This document shows, piece after piece, positions 56,124-64,000 of a DNA stretch of 64,000 nucleotides; positions within the stretch are counted from its first letter, which is position 1; each line of letters opens with the position of its first letter. Under the pieces are notes generated by a model, which made no database searches, was not told the DNA's origin, and saw only the letters and a list, made by a program, of their open reading frames with translations. Source of the DNA: a virus; the IMG/VR virus record IMGVR_UViG_3300010234_000004, positions 1 through 64,000 of that record; one strand, given 5' to 3'. The translations under genes and the position numbers were made by a program.

Positions 56124-57704
56124 ATGACTGCAAGAACCCCCTTAAAACTGGACTCTGATAACTCGCTGATCGAAATGACGGCTGGGGAAATTGGTAGGAT
56201 TGTCAGGCACTGTAAATACCTCTATGGCCTAAATCCATCAGTGGGTGTTAAGTGGATTGATTCTTCGGGTACGCTTGGAACCCTGACGGATACCCGCGTT
56301 ATTGCTGGTGTAATGTCCAATGATAACGCTTCCTTTCCCAATGAGACGACGACGGCTGAACCTGGGTCGACCTCTAATGATTATGCACGAATGAGTGATA
56401 GTGCTGTCTCAGCAACGGTGGCCACTCCAGATACAAATAATCTGGCGTTCCCATGTTACCAAATTGCGGGTAACATTTACGCTATGACGGATTCAGATTT
56501 GTATGATACCTTTATCCACCCTGCTATAACAGAATTGGTGGACGGTACAGATCAACCCGGCACATTTAGAATTCACACGGCCAGTACTTTGGCCGGTCAC
56601 ACAGTTATTGGCGGTTCGAAATCAGTTGTATCGGTTCCAACGTTCGTATCCAGCCAGACATCGTCAACCACATCAATGACCTATCCAAGCGGGATTCAGG
56701 CCAATGATATAATTGTATTTGCACAGTGTCAGGATACCGTTGGCACTTATGCCGTTCCGACGGATACGGTTACGGGAACCTATACACAATCTGAAGGTTA
56801 TAATTCAGATAACCCATCATTTCAAATATGCTATAAAGTGGCCAACGGTGATGAATCTGGTACTACTCTCTCATGGTCTGAGTCGTCTTCGGCAACAATA
56901 TGTCAGGTTTGGAGAGGGTGTGATTACGCTGGCACTCCACTAGAAATCGGAACCAGAAAAGGTTCATCCGGATCAACATACAACTGGAATTATGTCACCA
57001 CAACGACAGATAATAACACCATCCTCCAATTCATGTTTCTGGATGATGATAACACGACTATCAGCTTTGGGGATGCAAGTTCAACCAATGTGATCACGCT
57101 GGGAAGAACCGCTGCATCTATTGGTAGTGCTGCAAATTTTCAGAGATATGCAGGCACACACCAACCGCCTAATTCCACTGGTACAGCCGACGCATACCAG
57201 ACACAAGTAGTCGTTTTGCGTGGTGAGACTGTCACCGAAACCACGAATCCGGTATTTCTTGATTCGCGTGCCGATACTACAATGTACTCGGCGGGTGGTA
57301 TTGGTGAACAGCTTGATCAGCCTGTGACGGTAACTGAATTTTACCTCATGCAGACGGATGCTGACTCCGACGAAACTTTTCCCTTGCCTGTTTATATCAG
57401 GACTGATCTGGACTCGGCGGCTCAAAGCTGGGTTGGTATTCAGGAGTTCGATTCGGCCAGTATCAGCGACATTTTCAGTAACAGCATTCGCCATGTTGCA
57501 ACGTCCGTATCACCATCGATTATTTCATATAACATAGACGGTGCAGGGAATAATAGAGGATCAGGCATCACTGATACCATCTTAACAGGCGGCTCTGGCA
57601 CCCGCGTCACCCGACAAGTCGACGACGATTATCGTGCCCAAGAACTTCCGGATGGAACGCCATCGACTGCAACCACATCATATCTACGTATCACGAAGGC
57701 ATAA
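56124..57704 (+). CDS. Virion structural protein
   Basis: S/T/G-rich; RTPL N-terminus and YRAQE.P.G C-terminus. Confidence 0.7.
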   Translation: MTARTPLKLDSDNSLIEMTAGEIGRIVRHCKYLYGLNPSVGVKWIDSSGTLGTLTDTRVIAGVMSNDNASFPNETTTAEPGSTSNDYARMSDSAVSATVATPDTNNLAFPCYQIAGNIYAMTDSDLYDTFIHPAITELVDGTDQPGTFRIHTASTLAGHTVIGGSKSVVSVPTFVSSQTSSTTSMTYPSGIQANDIIVFAQCQDTVGTYAVPTDTVTGTYTQSEGYNSDNPSFQICYKVANGDESGTTLSWSESSSATICQVWRGCDYAGTPLEIGTRKGSSGSTYNWNYVTTTTDNNTILQFMFLDDDNTTISFGDASSTNVITLGRTAASIGSAANFQRYAGTHQPPNSTGTADAYQTQVVVLRGETVTETTNPVFLDSRADTTMYSAGGIGEQLDQPVTVTEFYLMQTDADSDETFPLPVYIRTDLDSAAQSWVGIQEFDSASISDIFSNSIRHVATSVSPSIISYNIDGAGNNRGSGITDTILTGGSGTRVTRQVDDDYRAQELPDGTPSTATTSYLRITKA

Positions 57705-57707
57705 CAC

Positions 57708-58262
57708 ATGAAGAATTTAGATTTTGTAACGGCACGCTTCACCGACAACGATAGAAAAACCATCCTATCGACTTGGACCGATGGAACAAGGGTCGTTGAA
57801 ACTTATTGTGAGGCTGCTGACAGGGACGCGCAGTACAGAGACCTTATCGCCAACCATTGCACACTAGACCAGATTCATGAAAACACGTGGACGTGGATTG
57901 GCCGTAGTCGCGAAGAGATAGATGATTATATCATTTCAATCGGTAAGAAGCGGGGAATGATCACCTCAGTTGGTGACGGTCTGACTGGTGACGTTTGGCA
58001 TCTAATCACCAAGGCCTTGTTCACCGAAGACGTGGATAAGGAACAATTGTTCCTATTGAAGCTGGAGCTTTTTGAACTCGATTTCATCAAGGCGTGTAAA
58101 GATCGTGGCCTGAAATCCAAGTTGCGGAAAGCCAAAACGGTATTAGAATCTATCAGTCTGGCAACAGAAATTCGGAATACCAAGGAAGAGGAGCCTGCTC
58201 CGAAGAAGAAGGCACCCGCGAAGAAGCGGAAGCCTCGCGCATCAAATCGTGTCTCTGATTAA
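57708..58262 (+). CDS. Hypothetical protein
   Basis: LF.LKL..FE motif; basic tail. Confidence 0.7.
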   Translation: MKNLDFVTARFTDNDRKTILSTWTDGTRVVETYCEAADRDAQYRDLIANHCTLDQIHENTWTWIGRSREEIDDYIISIGKKRGMITSVGDGLTGDVWHLITKALFTEDVDKEQLFLLKLELFELDFIKACKDRGLKSKLRKAKTVLESISLATEIRNTKEEEPAPKKKAPAKKRKPRASNRVSD

Positions 58263-58764
58263 ATAGATAAACGTCAAATTCATCTGAAGGCTCTGTGACT
58301 GTTTGGAAAGTGCAGTAACGATCTACCCTGCCATATCGATTGTATCCTATATTTTCGAATAGGAACTGATCCATACCAAGGCGGTATTTGAACAGATAAT
58401 ACTCAGGGTCTTCCATAAACTTTTCATAAATGTATGACTGATCCCCCTTCCAAGATATGATATCTGAGCAGATCGGGGTATGGAAGGCGTTTCTCCACCA
58501 AGCATAACAGGTCGTCAAATCGCTTCTCAAGAAGTGATTACAGTCCCCCTTGATGATCACGTCAAGGTCAAAATAGATGTTCTGGCCGTCCCTGTACTTG
58601 TCAAACATCAACAGCTTGTTGAACACGCCATCATATAAGTCCTCATCCATTACTACGAATTCGTCATAGTTCAGACCCGAATATGTGTCCACCATATGGC
58701 GAAGATTGTCCTCCCACCATTTATCGAATTTCGTACCTGTACGCACGCAAATCACCCGAAGCAT
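58153..58764 (-). CDS. Glycosyltransferase-like protein
   Basis: CV..G.KF, KL..F, YFDLDV.I (DxD) and DQ. Confidence 0.7.
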   Translation of the reverse strand: MLRVICVRTGTKFDKWWEDNLRHMVDTYSGLNYDEFVVMDEDLYDGVFNKLLMFDKYRDGQNIYFDLDVIIKGDCNHFLRSDLTTCYAWWRNAFHTPICSDIISWKGDQSYIYEKFMEDPEYYLFKYRLGMDQFLFENIGYNRYGRVDRYCTFQTVTEPSDEFDVYLFNQRHDLMREASASSRVPSSSEQAPLPWYSEFLLPD

Positions 58765-59570
58765 TGATCAAATTCCTTATTTACCATATGTGCCAGATAG
58801 CACGATTGTTTGTTCAGGGTTCCGCTCTCGACAATAAAATTCCATGCCATGCTCAACTCATTGTGCGGAACGTTATTACTTTCAATTAAAAACGTCATGA
58901 AACATTCGTTATTCGGTGTGAAGTGTTTGGATATGCGTCCATCGAAGAGTGTATCATCGATAGCCTCATGAACCAGATCGGTCATGAATTGCATGTTCTC
59001 CTTGAATTTCAACTTCTTTACTACTTCACGACCAGCAGCGATAACCCCCGTGTTGAAGACGTAGTCATGTCCCACGACATCATGTTCAATCATCATCATG
59101 CTTTTTTTGGCGGCAATCTTACAATACACGTTCATGGGGTCGAAATCTATTGTGTCCATGTAATTTGGGACACGCCATTTGACATGCATATTATCTCGTT
59201 CAGCCGGTCGGCCATTTCCCCCCACGTTCCCATAGTATTTGTATAGAGGGAGCATATTCATTTCATTCAAATTCACCATATCGAATATGCATGGTGCATC
59301 ATTCATTGGAATCACGTCGAAGTCGAGATACAACAGTTCATCAAACTCATTGGCCAGTTCTTCAAGAAGGCATACCTTATCCATCTGAATGTCGGGGTAT
59401 TGGCTCGATTCGGTAGAGAGCAACCGATACTCAGCACCCATATTTTTTGCATATTGCGCCTGACGTTCCTCGATTTGTGTAGCATACTTCTTCATCTGAT
59501 CGATCTTGAATGATGGTTGATGGCTTGGAGCCATGTCATCATTCCATATGCTGTAGACGATTCTTTTCAT
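58752..59570 (-). CDS. Glycosyltransferase-like protein
   Basis: YA...GAEY, LYLDFDVIP, NTGV, NE, WN and H..NK. Confidence 0.7.
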   Translation of the reverse strand: MKRIVYSIWNDDMAPSHQPSFKIDQMKKYATQIEERQAQYAKNMGAEYRLLSTESSQYPDIQMDKVCLLEELANEFDELLYLDFDVIPMNDAPCIFDMVNLNEMNMLPLYKYYGNVGGNGRPAERDNMHVKWRVPNYMDTIDFDPMNVYCKIAAKKSMMMIEHDVVGHDYVFNTGVIAAGREVVKKLKFKENMQFMTDLVHEAIDDTLFDGRISKHFTPNNECFMTFLIESNNVPHNELSMAWNFIVESGTLNKQSCYLAHMVNKEFDQCFG

Positions 59571-60435
59571 ACCATTTCCTAACGAATTCGAATTCCTTGG
59601 TTATAGCGTGCACCAAGTGTGTGTTTGGTGGAATGGTCTTATGCCGATCCATGACATAATGCCAACGCCCATCCAATTGCTGCTCGATCACTTCATTCAC
59701 CACCGACTTGTAACCCCACAGGGTTTCGTTATCCCATCCGAATGAGTCAATCTGCCATTGCATAAACATATCATCTGGATTAGTGACCAGTTCGGACATG
59801 AAAGCCATATCTTCATCGAACGTGTCGAAATACGCTAGTGTATCGAGATGCTCCTTTGTTGCCCCTATGATCCCTGTATTGTAGACGGGTTGATCGGGTT
59901 CGAAGTGAGTGTCGGTCAGCATTGCATAAGTGTTCCAGTATTTGGCCTCTGGACTTCTGTTACTAGTTATACGGACTGCTCGCTTTTTCATGTGATAGGT
60001 TGATCGTACAATGTCGCTTGCAGGCAGCTTCTGGATAGCAATGCCTTCATTCAGATTCCACGCCTCAAAGAAGTTTTCGGATGTGACCGGAATCACGTCC
60101 AAATCCATGTATAAGACTTCATCAAACTCATGGGCCAATTCGTACAGCAAATGGATTTTATAGAAATTGATGATCAGATACGTTGTCAGGAACGGGTAAC
60201 GCGTTTTCATATCATTATAATATGCGCCCCACACAACACCCCCCTGATATAATCGGTATTCGGCCTCGCACTCGCGTGCATACTCGCGTTGCATATCAGC
60301 CAGCCAATCCACCGAAGCCTTGAAGTTATCCTTGGCCTTGAAGTTTTTGTTAATACTTTCCCCTTGGAATGGCAGTTGATCATCCAACTGGGACTTGGGT
60401 ATGTCGATGTATATGGAGTAGATAACGCGTGTCAT
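59539..60435 (-). CDS. Glycosyltransferase-like protein (paralog of 58752-59570)
   Basis: YA....AEY, LYMDLDVIP, NTGI, NET, WH and H..TK; the start may instead be 60450. Confidence 0.7.
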   Translation of the reverse strand: MTRVIYSIYIDIPKSQLDDQLPFQGESINKNFKAKDNFKASVDWLADMQREYARECEAEYRLYQGGVVWGAYYNDMKTRYPFLTTYLIINFYKIHLLYELAHEFDEVLYMDLDVIPVTSENFFEAWNLNEGIAIQKLPASDIVRSTYHMKKRAVRITSNRSPEAKYWNTYAMLTDTHFEPDQPVYNTGIIGATKEHLDTLAYFDTFDEDMAFMSELVTNPDDMFMQWQIDSFGWDNETLWGYKSVVNEVIEQQLDGRWHYVMDRHKTIPPNTHLVHAITKEFEFVRKWYEKNRLQHME

Positions 60436-60453
60436 GAAGAATCCTTTCATGAC

Positions 60454-60485
60454 TACTTAGCTTGACGCCTTCGAATGTATAAATA
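60454..60485. promoter_or_regulatory. Divergent late promoters: TATAAATA (+, 60478-85) and candidate CTAAGTA (-, 60454-60)
   Basis: The plus-strand site is exact; the minus-strand site has only the TAAGTA core. Confidence 0.6.
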
Positions 60486-60514
60486 GTAGTAAGGGTTCAA
60501 ATAAGGAGATTTCA

Positions 60515-60877
60515 GTGGCTGTATATGAAGATTTGAGCATTGATCAGGGATCGGATGTGGCCATTGAGTTGCACTTGACGTTGGACAATGGGTCGAAGAA
60601 AGATTTAACCGGATTTAGCGCTGCCGCGAAGATGAAGAAGTCATACACGTCATCTGATTCTGACGCGGTGTCATTTAATGTGACATTCCCTAATCCAAGA
60701 ACCGACGGAGTATTGGTTCTTAGCCTTACAAACACAGAATCAGATGCTTTAAAACGCGGCAAGTATCTATATGACGTTGAAATTTCATATGTCGACTCCG
60801 ATGCAAACACGATTGTAGAACGGGTTCTTGAGGGTCGCGCAACAGTTAATCAGAGCATTACGAGGCTTCAGTCATGA
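60515..60877 (+). CDS. Ig-like/BppU-like virion protein
   Basis: IDQG, DLTG, LSLT...., G.Y.YDVEI and RVLEG. Confidence 0.75.
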   Translation: MAVYEDLSIDQGSDVAIELHLTLDNGSKKDLTGFSAAAKMKKSYTSSDSDAVSFNVTFPNPRTDGVLVLSLTNTESDALKRGKYLYDVEISYVDSDANTIVERVLEGRATVNQSITRLQS

Positions 60878-61146
60878 CAAATGTGATTAATGTACGTACA
60901 AGAGCATCATCTAACGTCATGGTTGGACGTGATCCGTCCGCAACAGTGGTTAAAGAAATTCGCGTTGGGGTTCCTATCCGCCGCGTTAATACAACTTCGG
61001 GAAATAATTTGGAGGGTGCGGCCAACGTTAGACCTGTAGACCCCGTTCCAGATGGCGCTTTGTTAATTTTTGATGCGGCTGAGCAGGAATGGGTAGTAAC
61101 TAAAAACGTAGAAACTGGTCAAGATATTAACGGAGGTAGTTACTAA
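60874..61146 (+). CDS. Small fibre-associated protein
   Basis: DGA.L.FD....W and C-terminal INGGSY. Confidence 0.65.
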   Translation: MTNVINVRTRASSNVMVGRDPSATVVKEIRVGVPIRRVNTTSGNNLEGAANVRPVDPVPDGALLIFDAAEQEWVVTKNVETGQDINGGSY

Positions 61147-62696
61147 TGGCTGCAATTATTCGAATTAAAAGGTCGACTGGCACCTCTTCACCTGGGTCAC
61201 TTAAATCGGGTGAATTGGCATATTCGGGCGGTGTTGGTGTCGATTCAAACGGCGGGTCTAGACTGTTTTATGGTCTTGGCGACGATGGTAATGGTAATGC
61301 CACCAGTATTGTTCGTGTCGGCGGGGAATATTATGCCGACAAAATGGATCACATCCCAGGTACACTAACCGCTTCAGCAGCAATAATTGCTGACGTTAAT
61401 AAGAAAATTGACCAATTACTCGTTGATAACATAGACATCAACGGGAATACAATCGCTACAACAAACACTAACGGCAATCTGGTTCTAGACCCCAATGGTT
61501 CTGGCTCAGTCGATGTCAACACTTCGTTGATCGTCAATGTCTCTGACCCAGCGTCTGCCCAAGACGCGGCCACTAAGAATTATGTCGACACGCAAGTCAC
61601 CGCAAACAACAATCTTTCGATCACAGGTGATACTGGTTCTGATGTTGTCGATATTCTCGATTCTTCGTTAGATTTCGATGGTGGGACTGGCCTGACGGCG
61701 ACAGTCACAGATAATCGAGTTTCATATGCTCTGGATAATACGACAGTCTCGGCCAATACATACGGCTCAACGACAGCCATTCCGGTCATTACAGTCGATG
61801 CACAGGGTCGCCTAACGACAGTCACAACAGCGTCTATCACGACGATTCTTTCTACGTCAGCAGAAAGTGGAACTGGTTCGATCTCACTCGCAGATTCCTC
61901 GTTGGATATTGCTGCTGGTGAGGGTATCGACACAGTCGCATCCGGAAACGTAATTACGATTTCTGGTGAAGATGCTACTACCGCAAACAAGGGTATCGCA
62001 TCATTTGCTACAGCGAACTTCACAGTCGCATCCGGTGCGGTCTCGGCCAAGACAATCACTCTTGGTTCTTCGACTCTATCTTTGGGTGGCACAGAAACTG
62101 ACGTCGCTGGATTGACATCGCTGGTTGTTGATCAGTTGACTCTCAACGGAAACGTTTTAAGTTCGACCGATGGAACAATCGCTCTTGATCCGAATAGTGC
62201 AGACTCTGATGTCGGCACAGTCATTGTACGAGGTAATCTCCAAGTCGAAGGTGAACAGACGATTGTCAACAGTTCGACCGTGTCAGTAAATGACTTGAAC
62301 ATCACTGTTGCTGATAGTGCGGCGAATGCCGCAGCGGCTGACGGAGCTGGCTTGACAGTCGGTGGATCGAGTTATTCTGGTACACAAGCTACATTACTAT
62401 TCGACGGTGCTAGTGACAAATGGGGATTCAACAAAACACTGAATCTACCCGCTGGCCTTACTTCGCTAGAATTCGGCGGTGTTGATGCGACCGAAGTGAT
62501 TGAAGATCACCTCGCGACTTTCTTCTTAGAGGGCGAAGGACTAAACATCACGTATGACGACGGAGCGCACACGATGACATTTGCTGCCGAAACGGCGACA
62601 TACACCAATTTGGGTGTTGCGAGTTTCGACTCTGATCAGTTCACTTTGTCCGCAGGATTCGTGACAGTAACCGAATTAGACGGTGGAGTCTACTAA
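61146..62696 (+). CDS. Tail fibre-like protein
   Basis: I.IKRS...L..GELAY, DAATKNYVD, GNLQV.G..T.VNS and LDGG.Y. Confidence 0.8.
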   Translation: MAAIIRIKRSTGTSSPGSLKSGELAYSGGVGVDSNGGSRLFYGLGDDGNGNATSIVRVGGEYYADKMDHIPGTLTASAAIIADVNKKIDQLLVDNIDINGNTIATTNTNGNLVLDPNGSGSVDVNTSLIVNVSDPASAQDAATKNYVDTQVTANNNLSITGDTGSDVVDILDSSLDFDGGTGLTATVTDNRVSYALDNTTVSANTYGSTTAIPVITVDAQGRLTTVTTASITTILSTSAESGTGSISLADSSLDIAAGEGIDTVASGNVITISGEDATTANKGIASFATANFTVASGAVSAKTITLGSSTLSLGGTETDVAGLTSLVVDQLTLNGNVLSSTDGTIALDPNSADSDVGTVIVRGNLQVEGEQTIVNSSTVSVNDLNITVADSAANAAAADGAGLTVGGSSYSGTQATLLFDGASDKWGFNKTLNLPAGLTSLEFGGVDATEVIEDHLATFFLEGEGLNITYDDGAHTMTFAAETATYTNLGVASFDSDQFTLSAGFVTVTELDGGVY

Positions 62697-62738
62697 ACAA
62701 TATATGGGATTTTTATCCCTTGAATAAGGACCATTTTT

Positions 62739-64000
62739 ATGGCTAAACCTGTAGTACCCCTGATACAAAAGCGTTCGTCTGTCCCAGCTAAGGTTCCCTT
62801 GGTGGGCGACCTTGTATATGGTCAGCTTGCGATTAACTACGCCGACGGCCTGATCTACTATAAAGACGCTTCCAACAACATCAAGAAGTTTCTCGATTCC
62901 GATAATATCCTGTCATCAGTGGGTGGGGTGTATCCCAATGCTACGAGAGCGGGGGGGCGTGATTATCTCGATATTGACTCTGCGACTCAGGCGATCACTC
63001 TGAATGCAATCGACTTAGGAACCGATATAACTGGTAACCTTCCGGTCGCTAACTTGAATGGTGGTGCGAGTGCGTCTGCCAGCACATATTGGAGAGGCGA
63101 TGGAACATGGGCTGCAATCGCGGGTGGGATTGATGATTCAGCAGTAACAACGGCAAAGCTCGATCACTTCGCAGTCACGACTCCAAAAATCGCACAAGGT
63201 GCGGTGACTACATTAAAACTTGCGGACAATTCTGTGACTCTTGGTAAGATCGCAGACTCAGCAGTATCAACGGTAAAGCTTGATCACTTCGCAGTCACGA
63301 CTCCAAAAATCGCACAAGGTGCAGTGACTACATTAAAACTTACAGACAATTCTGTGACTCTCGCCAAGATCGCAGACTCAGATTTTAGTGAATCTCTAGT
63401 CACGGACGGTTCTAATCCATACACGCTCGTAAAACGTAATGCTAATGGATATATCGGTTCGCGGTACGTTTACTCATTCTATAACAGTATGAACCACTCT
63501 GCCGCTCAACGCGATGCCGACACAGTGTTCTATTCATCTACAGACAACTTCGTCAGGAAAAATACTGAAACGGGTTTCATCAATAGTCTGAATGTCGGAG
63601 GTTCTCTCGATAGCGCAATTTCAAACAATGCTGCGGTTGTATCAAACACCGCTAAGGTTACAAATGCAACACATACGGGTGACGTGACGGGCGATTCTGC
63701 TCTTACTATTGCGGCAAATGCGGTCACGGCCACAAAACTCAATGTGGATTCTGACGGTACTGTTGGACACTATGTGAAATCTAACGGCGATGGATCGTTC
63801 AGTTGGGGTTCACCCGGAGGTGGTGGAGCATCTGTCACAGTAGATTCGAGTGCACCGACATTCGGCATTGGTTCTCTTTGGTGGCACACGGTTCTTGGTG
63901 CGCTGTTCGTCGGATTTCAAGATTCGGACGGGACGCAAGCTTTCGTTGAAGCATCGCCAGCACCGGCTCAGGAATTGGCGGTTAGAATGAACATATATAA
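62739..64000 (+). CDS. Tail fibre protein (runs off the window end; not in the ORF track)
   Basis: Manual translation [15 protein letters not shown]...[10 protein letters not shown]..., open to 64000; AVT..K(I/L)A repeats; AAGGA SD. Confidence 0.85.
   Translation, partial: MAKPVVPLIQKRSSVPAKVPLVGDLVYGQLAINYADGLIYYKDASNNIKKFLDSDNILSSVGGVYPNATRAGGRDYLDIDSATQAITLNAIDLGTDITGNLPVANLNGGASASASTYWRGDGTWAAIAGGIDDSAVTTAKLDHFAVTTPKIAQGAVTTLKLADNSVTLGKIADSAVSTVKLDHFAVTTPKIAQGAVTTLKLTDNSVTLAKIADSDFSESLVTDGSNPYTLVKRNANGYIGSRYVYSFYNSMNHSAAQRDADTVFYSSTDNFVRKNTETGFINSLNVGGSLDSAISNNAAVVSNTAKVTNATHTGDVTGDSALTIAANAVTATKLNVDSDGTVGHYVKSNGDGSFSWGSPGGGGASVTVDSSAPTFGIGSLWWHTVLGALFVGFQDSDGTQAFVEASPAPAQELAVRMNIY
63135..63374 (+). 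repeat. 120-bp tandem duplication inside the fibre gene (2 x 40 aa)
   Basis: 63135-63254 and 63255-63374 are nearly identical. Confidence 0.9.

Noticed and set aside
58153-58262. 110-nt convergent overlap as a functional dual-coding region
   Set aside because: Both tails are low-complexity; most simply explained by stop-codon loss or extension.
34938-63742. Numerous 60-180 aa antisense or out-of-frame ORFs inside structural genes
   Set aside because: Shadow ORFs of long, well-supported genes, with no motifs.
1-64000. tRNA/rRNA genes, integrase, transposase, DGR reverse transcriptase
   Set aside because: None recognised by eye and intergenic gaps are short; tRNAscan or Infernal would be needed to exclude small RNAs.

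Overview
This is a 64-kb segment of a large T4-like (myovirus) dsDNA phage, not a cellular chromosome. It contains T4 core genes (rnh, phoH, alt-like ADP-ribosyltransferase, 33, 32) and a near-complete baseplate/tail module (4, 48, 54, 26/51, tape-measure-like, 2, 53, 27-like, split 5, 25, 6, 7-, 9-, 8-like, VrlC/DUF4815-like, fibres). Sigma70-type early promoters and TATAA(A/G)TA late promoters are present. The accessory regions carry about six glycosyltransferase-like genes, two methyltransferases, a PIG-L deacetylase, a carbamoyltransferase, radical SAM/SPASM genes, ClpP, SbmA/BacA and a saccharopine-dehydrogenase-like enzyme. The host may be an alphaproteobacterium (inference only). Four observations stand out. 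(1) A D-S-D/D-S-A tripeptide is strongly enriched, independent of codon choice, in the outer baseplate and fibre proteins, and a glycosyltransferase operon sits among those genes; this suggests a phage-encoded, sequon-directed virion O-glycosylation system. (2) At least 7 variable (xxQV)n mini-genes are chained by an almost invariant 17-nt start/stop overlap. (3) An uncalled ArfA-like ribosome-rescue gene has its own promoter. (4) A probable -1 programmed frameshift links gp26 and gp51 just upstream of the tape-measure-like gene. All family assignments come from recognising motifs and synteny by eye; no searches were run, and counts are manual.
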